Origin: Phaeosaccion multiseriatum
Taxonomy: Eukaryota; Protista; Ochrophyta, other classes
Length of the DNA stretch: 64,000 nucleotides
Assembly: GCA_965112735.1 (NCBI GenBank)
Contig: OZ218956.1
Location: forward strand, 2,542,001-2,606,000
Direction of reading: 5' to 3'
Shown piece by piece: positions 50,389-60,446 of the stretch. The position numbers and the translations under genes are program-made. The first letter of the stretch is position 1. Each line of letters opens with the position of its first letter. The notes below the pieces were generated by a model. That model saw only the letters and a list, made by a program, of their open reading frames with translations, was not told the origin of the DNA and did no database searches.

Positions 50389-50616
50389 GTCATGATCGGC
50401 ATGGACAGAGGCCTCGGTATGACGGGAGGGGGAGGCGGAGGGCGAAGCGTAGGGACTGGGGGGGGGGGGGAGGTACTACGAGCTCAGGCGGTGCAGCAGT
50501 ACTGCAGAGGTGCGGCGCTCAAGTCCGGTGATCGGTTGGTGCTTCCCCTTCAAAGCGGCGCCGGTGGTGAGGTCCTTGCCAACTTTTCAGTCATGTGCAA
50601 GAGAAGTAGAAGGGGC

Positions 50617-50650
<34 letters not shown>

Positions 50651-52485
50651 CAGGAGGAGGAGGAGGAGGAGGAGGAGCAGGAGCTAGTATATTTAGTGCT
50701 GTAGTTGGAGCGGAGTGGGGTGTGGTGACCAGGACGACAACAATTCTCGTGCCCAATCCTGCCCTCTTCGACGTCCACTATAACGACTGCTCCCACCGGC
50801 CGGCGGGGGATGAGGAAGATAAGGAGGACAAGGAACAACAGGAGGATGAGGAGGAGCAGCAGCAGCAGCAGGAGGAGGGAAGGAGAGGAGGAGAGGAGGA
50901 GGAGGAGGAGGAGGAGGAGGAGGAGGAGGAGGAGCAGGAGCTCTTGTTCGACGCGGGGTTGATGGATGAGGTGCGCATACGCATCGAAATGGCCCTACAA
51001 ATACGTCGAGCGAGAAACCTTTTCGGCGGCGGCAACGATAATAAATTAAATCAGCAAGAGCAGCGAGAGGAGGAGCAAAAGAAGCAAGGGGAGGAGCACG
51101 ACCAAGAAGAGGGGTTTCCTTTCGACTGCACCACCGCATTACTTGTCCATGGGCCGGCGGGTAGCGGCAAGACCACTCTCGTCAGGCACATATGCAAGGA
51201 GCTGGGGTGCCGACTCGTGGTGCTGTCTGCGGGCATGCTCTCCTCGTGCTCGGGCTCCGAGCCGGAGGTGAGGCTCAACGAGGTGATGACGTATTGCAAG
51301 GGATGTGCCGTTGTGTGCGAGTCTGCCGTCTGTGATACAGCAGTTGGTGATACAGGAGGTGCAACAGGTAGTGATGCAGCAGGAGGGGTGGTGCTCCTCC
51401 TGGACCAGCTGGACTTGATGGCACCCAATGAGGGGCGGGAGCGAGTGGGGCTGGCAGAGGCAGACATTGCGCTTCGTCAAGGGCTGCAGAATTCCCTCCT
51501 TGAGTTGCACAGACGAGGCGGGTGGGATGGGGGCAGCAACGACGATGGTATGGATGTTGATGGTGATGATGGAGGAGGAGGAGGAGGACGACGACGACGA
51601 CGACGACAACGAAGACGGAGGAAGGAGGGATTGCGAATGCTTGTGATCGGGGTTACATCGGCGGTACTCGAGCACGTACACCCTGGGGTACTGCGCTACT
51701 TTGACGAGAGGATTGAAGTGCCCCCCCCCGGTCAGCGAGTGAGACTCAAGGTCTTGACCAAAGCGGCGAGGCTCACAGCACAGCTCCTACATCAGCAGCA
51801 GTTGGTGATACAGCAGCAGCAGCAGGAGCAGCACCAGTCTTTGGAAGGGCTTGGCGCCACGCTGTCCATAACATCATCGCCGAGCACGTCGGAGGGGAAA
51901 CCTGCCGATGCCCCTGAGTGTCGCGACGAAGGCGAAGGTCTTGTGGGGCTCGATGACGCCACGCTGCTAGAGATGGCCGCTGCTACGAGTGGCTTCAGCC
52001 TTGCCAACATGATGTCCGTCGTGGCGGCTGCTGCTGCTGCTGCTGCTGCTGCTGTTATTGCTCCTGTATCACCAACGGCTGCGTCTACAGCAGCGATGGC
52101 GCCATCGCACTCTTGTGGAAGCAGCGGCAGCGGCGGAATCAGCGGCGGCACTGTGAAGGGTGTGTTGTGGCAAGCTGTCAAGGAAGGGCAGGCGGTGCAG
52201 CTCAGCCTTCGAGGAGCGGGAGGAGGGGGGGCGGGAGGAGGGGGGGCGGGAGGGGGAGGGGGAGGGGGAGGGGGAGGGGGAGGAGGAAGGGCGGTGCCGA
52301 GAGTCAAGTGGGACCACGTGGGCGGGCTGCGGAGGGCGAAGCAGGCCCTGCAGGAGATGGTTGTATGGCCCCAGATGTAAGTCTTGTTGATTTGTCTTCC
52401 TTCCAGATAGATTGATGGATGGGTAGAGAGGTGGGTAGATATGTGGGTAGATGGATGGATTAAAAGAGAGATGGATGGATAGATG

Positions 52486-52528
<43 letters not shown>

Positions 52529-54248
52529 GGCTAGACAGATAGGTAGATAGATGCGTCACTCACACACACCATCTTCGTACGCACCCCCCTACACACAACG
52601 CCCTCTCTCCCTCCCACCCTCCCTCGATGCCTCTCAGATTCCCAGCGGCCTTTCAAAGGCTCGGCATTACTCCTGCGTCCGGCGTGCTTCTCTTCGGCCC
52701 GCCCGGTACGTATATCCTTTCGTGCGTACGACACCACACACACATCCATCCGTCCATTCTCATCCGTGGATGGTTGTACACTTTTCTGTCCTTATTCCGT
52801 GGTGTAAAGTCTCCGAGAAAGAAACTGAATCTAAAACGGCAACACTTACGTACCTTGGTTTGTGTGTGTGCATGGTGCGTGCCTCCTCCTCCTCCTCCTC
52901 CTCCTCCTCCTCCTCCTCCTCCTCCTCCTCCTCCTCCTCCTCCTCCTCCTCTATCACTGCTCAATCATTATTGTATATGCATCCTGACACCAGGCACCGG
53001 CAAGACTTTGCTGGCCAAGGCTGCTGCCAGTGAGACGCACTCGCACTTCCTTGAGCTCCGAATATCCGATGTGGTGCAGGGGGCCATCGGAGAGAGCGAG
53101 AAGGTTAGGGAGCGAGGGACGGACGGAGGGAGGGAGGGAAGGTGGGGGAGGGTCAATTCTTCCTGCCTGCCTACCCATATGCCTGCCCCAAGGCCTGGCT
53201 ATTATGCCAGCCCATAGGCCTAGACGTGCCAGTTCCGAGCGCCCGCTCGCTCGTCGTCCATCCACCCTTGTTGCCACCAACCCCTCTCTCCCCTCCCCCC
53301 ATCCCCACCCCACCCACTCTTTTTCTCCCCTCCCCCACACACGTCCCCCCTCGCACCCCTACTCCCCGTCCCCTCGCTCTCTTCTCTTCATCCTGCCTAC
53401 TCCCATACGCACCGATAACAAGGCTGTTGTGGCGACGTTCGAAACTGCCAAGGAGCTTGCGCCATCTGTGATTTTCATCGACGAATTCCAAGCTCTCTTC
53501 TCCGCCCGGGAGGGAGGAGGAGGGGGCGTGGGGGCTCAACTGACCTCCACCCTGCTCACTTGCATGGACGATCTGGCGAGGAGGAGAATATATGCCTCCT
53601 CTAGGATGAAGAAGGGTGGTGCTGCTGTATCACCAACTAGTGGGGGTGGTGCTGGTGGTGCTGGTGCTGGTGATGATGACGGCGATGAGAGTGCGGTGGT
53701 GGTGGTGGTGGCCGCTACCAATGCTCCTCACGTGATCGACAGCGCCTTCCTTCGGCCGGGTCGCTTTGACGAGTTAATCCTGGCGGGGCTTCCGGAACGG
53801 CAGGACCGAGAGGAGATTCTGCAGGTATGGGTGATAAACAGTTACACTGGTGGGTGTGGGTCGTTCCGCTGACTTGCTCAACTCAACCGTCTGCGCCGTT
53901 CATGTGGTAGTACATCGTGCACCCTCACCCTCTTCTCTGGCCTCATGCCGGATCAGTGCGTGCTGTTGCATCTGTCGTCACGGACACACTCGTCGCACTC
54001 ACAAATCCTCATCCACTGCCATCCCTCCCTTCTGCCCCCCCTCCCCTTACAACCATAGGCTCAGCGCCTGGCCCTAGAGCGTACGGGCAAGGGATCGTGG
54101 GCCAGTGACGTATCCACGGGATGGTTGGCCACGCAGACGGACGGCTTCTCTGGGGCGGACATTGTTGCTCTCACACGTAACGCCACCGTCACTGCACTGC
54201 AGCAAGCCGTGGAGGCATACGCAGAGGAGCAACAACAGGAGTTGGTGA

Positions 54249-54282
<34 letters not shown>

Positions 54283-54526
54283 GGAGGAGGAGGAGGAGGA
54301 GGAGGAGGAGGAGGAGGAGGAGGAGGAGGAGGCGGCGCAGAGCAACACAGCAGCAGTACCCGCAGCAGCCCCGCCCCCCCTCCTCCTGTCCGTGGAGGCG
54401 CTGAAAGTGATAGTGGAGCGGCACCACTTTGAGGAGACGCTCGAGGGCATGCTCCCCTCGTGCAGCCCGGAGCTCATGGAGAGCTTTGAGCGATGGGCGA
54501 GCACACACGGGGGGAGCTTGCGGTGA
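49618..54526 (+). CDS. CDC48/AFG2-family double AAA+ ATPase with a degenerate first domain
   Basis: D1: GPAGSGKT, LLLDQLD. D2: VKWDHVGGL, GVLLFGPPG|TGKT, IFIDE, AATN, FLRPGRFD, TDGFSGADI. Exons 49618-52376, 52639-52705, 52994-53103, 53423-53824, 54059-54526 (approximate). Confidence 0.88.
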
Positions 54527-55808
54527 TCGTGATTCCGGCAGGGTTACAGTTACAGTCACCCCCAACGCACACATACACACGTGCGCAGACACACTCACTC
54601 ACTCACTCACTCACTCCCAATCATTCATCGACACTATTGGGACGCCCTGTACAATCGAAGCAAGTACAAGTGTCATCTATGCCTAACATTCATAGCTGCA
54701 GTAAAGAGAGGTATCTGAATGATGGAATTGGTCCAATAACCAATAACCCGATAATTCCACGTGGATTATTCACCCATGTGACTGATGTTTATTTCGCCCT
54801 GGACGTGATATTCTGATTGTTGATTATGGCCGGCGCCAGGCTTGATTACTCATTATGGTCGGCGCATGCCATAATCATGTCCAGGGCCGACCTCGATCGA
54901 TCAACGACACACAGAGAGAGAGAAGGGACGCGAAAAGCAATCTCTCGGACGAACCCCTTCCCTCTTTCCCTCCTATATGGCACTATGTGAAGAGCAACTA
55001 CATCACGATGCATGTATGCACGCAGCGAACGCACTCTCACTCTCGTGCTTGTGCCAAGCAACAAAACGATGCACTTTTCTCTTCTTGAGTTAATCATACG
55101 TTAATAAAGGGTGGGTGCAAATGTCACGAGTTTTGTCTATTTGCATGCATGGAGGGCACGGAGGAGGGGGAAGGCATGTATGTGTGGTGTGTGCGTGTGG
55201 CGCAGGGAACCAAGGAGGAGAGTGGGAGAGGGGCGGGTGTAGGCTCAATCAAATGGCCTACTTGCCCTAACCCCCCCCGCCCCCCTCCTCCTCCTGTGTG
55301 CGTGTGCTACTACCTTTCCGACTATGGCCTTCACACTTAAGTGGGCGACACGTGTCATGGGGGTGTGCAGTGCATTCATTCCCTGTCTTGCCTTCCTTCC
55401 TTCTTTCCTTCCTATCCCCCTCCCTCCCCTCTTCCTCCTCTACCTAGTTTGGGCCGTTCGTTTGCTTGTCGTGTGTTGTTTGTGCCTATCATAGTTGAGT
55501 TTGTCGGGGGCTCGCTTCTCCTCCACCCCATAACCCCCCCCCCCCCCCAAAAAAAACAGGCACACATGCTCACTCAATCACACCAATCTCCCCCACCCCT
55601 CCCCTCCTCACGACACAACACAGAACGACATGTACACATCCACCCCCCCCCCATACACCCTCAGACCCCACTACCTCTCTCAGGGTTGCTCCCTCCCCTC
55701 CCATTGGACTCTCTGTAGATAAGAGAGAGAGAGAGACAGAGGGAGAGGCAGCCTTCCTCCCTCTCCTGGCGCCCTACCCTGCCCTGCTCTAGCCCCTCAT
55801 TTGCCTCT

Positions 55809-58346
55809 TTACAAGGAGAAGCGCAGGTCTGCCTTCGCGATGGAGCCGAAGCGCTGACTGCTGAACTTTCTCTCCACAGCAACAAGGTCGGGGCGCTGCC
55901 TGAACACATTCTCAATGTCCTGAATGCCGCTCAGGAGATCCTCCTACAACAGCCAACAAGACAAACAGAGACAGTTGGTAATTATACCACAACAGATTTG
56001 TCAGGCTTGGCTCAGGCCATAGAGAGAAGTGACGAGGGAGGAGCAAGAAAAGGCCTCCATATGGTCAAGCAAGAGAAGACGATCGAATCTACTGCTCCTC
56101 ACAGAGCCTGACAGACTCTTGAATCGCCACCACCCCTGCTTGCCGTCTTCCGTCCTTCCTTCCCTCCCTCACCCCAAGAGCTATCCCCGGTCGTCGGTCT
56201 GCCCCCCCCTCCTTATGTCATCCTTTGCCGTTCTCTCCCTCCCTCCTCACCCCTCACCCCACCCTCTCCTTCCCTCTCTTACCTCCTTGTAAGACGTGTA
56301 CTTTTCGAGCGTTACGGACCAAGGGTTCCTGTTGAGATTCATGCGGGCAATGTAAATGGCGCAGCTCGCCACGGTGCTGGGCAGGTACTTGAGCATACAC
56401 TGCTCCTGCAGCATGCGCTCGGCAATGTAGCACGACAGCTGTGATTCATTGTCGTTACGGCAGTTTCAAAGAAGCAGCAGAGGAAAGGGAGGGGAGAGGA
56501 GAGAAGAAAGAATCAATATAGAGGGAGGGAAGGACCGGAACGGATGGCAGGGAGAGGGGAAGAGAAGTCAGGGGGGAGGAGATGGATAATTGCATGAATG
56601 AATGGATAGATTTGACACCTCCCCCTTCCTTCCCCTTTGGAAGACGCGAAACAGGTAAGTAGTAGTACATTCTATAGGGGGATAGTCCCTCTCAGCTGTT
56701 CCTGCTGCTGCTTCTGCTTCTGCTTCACACTACACACGTATACGTACGTACGCACGAAGAAACAGAACAACAAGCTCCTCTCGGTATGCATATGACTCCT
56801 CCATCACGCACATTCATTCGTCTATCGTCCATCCATTCCACCGACCCACTCACTCACTCACCCATCTCACGACCCATCCACCAACCAAGCAATCACGTTT
56901 GAAGTATCTATCCTTCTATCGTATCTGTCCATCTATCACACGTTCTGTGTGCATGTACGCACGTACGTACCTGGACGATGCGCTTGTCGGCGTGCGCGGC
57001 CTTGAGGTACCGCAGCAGGAAGCAGTAGGTAGTGGGTACCGTGACCTGGAAGCCCAAAGACACCAGGATCTTACTCTCCATGCGGAGGATCTGTTCCTTT
57101 GTGTACGCCTTGTCGGTGATGTACACGAGGTCTCGGATCTCGGGAGGGTAGATCTCCTGAGTGTTTGTAAATGTGGGTGTGTATACAATAGAGAGATAAA
57201 TGGTTGTAGACAAAAGGAAATGAGAGGGGAAGTGGAAGAGAGAGAGAGAGAGCGTGAGTGGGAGTGGAGGTGGGGGCGAGAGAGTTATCCGCAGCGGGAT
57301 GTTGAGGGGTGCGTCTGGTGGGGGAGGGGGGGCAGCGGGCTTTGATGTGGGGAGGAAGAGAGGGAGAGAGAAATAGAGAGTAGAGGAAGACAACAGGAGG
57401 CCTCTTCTCTTCCACATGTCCCTCCCTCCCGTCCCTTGGCGACCGCAGTAGCCATCACGGTATACTCAGGCTGTTAACTTGGATGAATGCATGTGTGTTA
57501 TACTCCTCTAGACTGCCGACCCCTCTGCCACTCTTGACGAGAGAAAGACTGACCACGTCTCACTCAAAGCCCCTACTTTCGTCTCCCCTCCACTCCCCTT
57601 ACCTCGTACTTGCTCGCCAGAAGCAGGGCAGTGACTCCCACCAGCTGTAAATCTCCCTTCGCCACGGGTGCCTGAGACAGGTACTTGTCAATCACGTACA
57701 CGGTCAGGAAGAGGGTGTCTGGCACCAGCTTGAACTTCAAATGCACCTCCACCAACCAGTCTACCAAGATGGCCCGCATCTGAGCGTTGATCTCAGGCTG
57801 CTTGCTGAGGGCGGCGGCGTCCAGTGACGTGACCACCTCCTCGCTCCTAAGGTGTACGTACAGGTCTTCCACATACTCGGTAATGGCCAGCGGCTCATTC
57901 ACATCCCGTGCGTCAATGTCGTTGGCCGCACGGGCAGAAGGCACGACATTGCGGCTGGCGCTCCGGCTCCGGCTCCTTGGCGCAGGAGCGGTGGTCGATG
58001 AAGAGTCCGAAGAAGTAGCGGCGGGAGGGTTTGACACCTCGTGGTCGACCCTGCGGGTCTGAGGTGCGGCCGAAGTACGGGCCTGATGAGGTGCCACAGA
58101 TGCAGCTGGCTTGGGTGCAGCGGGGGGAAGACCCCTACCGCCATTGCGTCCAGAAGGAGCAGGGGCGTTGTTGGAGATGTCGCTACCGAATTGCCTCGTC
58201 GTACTCCTAGAGGTGCGGCGGGGCTCATTCAGTTTCCCATTTGTGGAACTTGTGTTCTCGCCAGTGTCCATAGGGTCAGTTTCCACGTTAGCGCTGCTGC
58301 TTCCGAGCGCGCTAGCGCTGCTGCTTGATCTGGTAGGGCGGGGCAT
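55809..58346 (-). CDS. Mitotic (B-type) cyclin
   Basis: MRAILVDWLVEVHLKFKL, LQLVGVTALLLASKYE|EIYPP, FLLRYLKAA, D-box-like RQFGSDISN. 4 in-frame exons. Confidence 0.93.
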
Positions 58347-58764
58347 GCTTAGTGCCTTCAAGATAACTGATGACACTGGTTTTCCTTCTCTGCTCCCACT
58401 CGTGCTGTTGCTGCTGCACCGGGCCTCCGCTCTGCTATGATACAGTCCTAATGCTTCGTCCGTCTCCGTCTCCTGTCACGTCCTCGTCTTTCCCTTCCTT
58501 GCCCCTCTGCCTACTGCTCTTTCACCTGCTCTCCTCTCTACTGCCGTGCTGGACCTATTCTCTCCGCGGCAATCGCAATCTCCTTCCCCGGCTCTGTTTC
58601 CTCAAGCCTTCCTTCTCAAAGCCGCCACTACGTCGCTCACCTCACAGAGTGAACTGAATGTCTGAGAAGAGAGACGCACTATCTACGGGGGCGTGAGGTG
58701 ATTGCTACGAGTGAAAAAAGAGGACGTTGATACATCTCTTTGCCCAACGAGAATCATGACCGGC

Positions 58765-58940
58765 CATTAATTTAAACGCAAACTGGTCAAATCCTCTAAC
58801 GGGCGGATTTCCAATTTTTTTCTTTCTTTTCTTCCCTTCATTAATTTAGCACTTCAACACATGTGAGAAGGGGCTGCGCTGCTGCGAGGGGTTTTCCTCA
58901 AGAGCAGTAACCACGGCATGACTCCAATTCAAAGGCGCAA
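58765..58940. promoter_or_regulatory. Candidate G2/M promoter elements upstream of the cyclin
   Basis: TCTAACGG (MSA-like, 58795-58802), CCAAT (58811, 58924), TTTGAA on minus (CHR-like, 58928-58933), TTTAAA (about 58771). Confidence 0.3.
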
Positions 58941-60446
58941 TCCGCAGCGCGACACAGGCGAAGGACAGCCCTCACGCTTATGACGAGAACCTCAGATAGA
59001 TCAGATATGGTGGTGCAACGAAGAGGAGGAAGCCGCGGAGTAGAGGAGGAAGGGTCGAAGGATAGGACCTGGTCTGGAGTCCTAGACTGGAGAGTGACAT
59101 TGACGGGCAGCGAGAGCTCTTATCTGCTTGAGAGGGGAGACCTTCACACAGACTAAAGCAGGGTCCACGATGATTATCTCACAGCAACAACAACAACAAC
59201 AGCAGGAGGACGAGGAGACGGAGAACGAGGACGGTACCATCGACCCCGGATTGGCAGCAGCAGCAGCAGCAGCAGCAGCAGGCAGTCACTACGAGCATGA
59301 GGAGAGGAGACGGAAAGTGAAGGTGATGAAGCTGAAGCGGTGCGGCATCTAGAGCTCCTCATGCCCCCTTTACACCACACCAGACCAGACCACAACAGAC
59401 CACACTCAAGGTCAAGACCAAGCCCCGGGGGGGAAGGTGCGGCTGTCCTTGGGCAGTAGACGAGCACACACCTTGGGGAAGGCAGCTGATGGTGGCGACG
59501 CTGGTAAGGGTGGTGGTGATGGCAGCTCTGCTTCCCTGAACTGCTTGAATGCTTTAGTCTAGGACCTTGCCGTGCGAGGCCAGGAGAGCGCGGAGGGAAG
59601 GGCCTCGTGGAGACTGCGATACTGCTATCCGCGGCGGGGAGAGAGAGCAGGAGGCGGAAGGATGCCGAGACACCTCCTCCGCCCCCATCCTCTTCATTCC
59701 CCCTGCGCATCTACTCCACGCAGTGATTGTGGAGAGAGCAGGGAAGAAGGTGTATCCACCACATGCTGAACTCAACAAATGTGTGCCATTTCTGGTCATA
59801 GAGTAGAAACACCCGATGGTGTAGAGCACACTGGGAGAAACGTTTCTCCCAATAGGATTTGATTCAATGAACATTACCTTTCAACGCAATGTTCGCATGT
59901 ACTACTGTTATTTTGTTCTTCCCTCTGTCCGCTCTCTTGGTTGGCAGAGGCCTCGTGGGGATGTGGCCATCGTCAGTGTACGCAAGTGGTGAACACTGGC
60001 GCGCCCCCATCAGCTACCTCTCGTGCGATTATCGGTGTCTATCTTCACGCATCAAGGCCTTGACCCTAAGAGTGCAGGGTGACGCTGGGGCTACAAGAAT
60101 AATATTAGCGACCATTCACCTCCACCCCACTCCCCACACCTCGTCCCAACCCTCTCTCACCCACAGCAACACCGCTGGACACGCACACCCCAAAGCACAT
60201 TCATCCGACGCTACACCGTCCGATCAGGTCATCAGCTCTTGTCCTGCAATGAATACATACCTGCTGCCCCCCTTTATATGTTTAGTTATCCAATATATTA
60301 TAACTACGTAGTAATAAGTCGCGAGGCCTGTATACAACGAACGGCACGGTAGCAGTGCAGCAATGTAGCAAGGCAGCACGGCCCATAGCAGCAGTTGTAT
60401 GAGTAGTCATACGATACAGACCTGCTGCTGCATGGCCACAAAACTC

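Noticed and set aside
54715-54820. Possible box C/D snoRNA and CACGTG-centred palindrome
   Set aside because: The C box is imperfect, and the rRNA-like stretch GGATTATTCACCCA is same-sense rather than antisense. Insufficient support.
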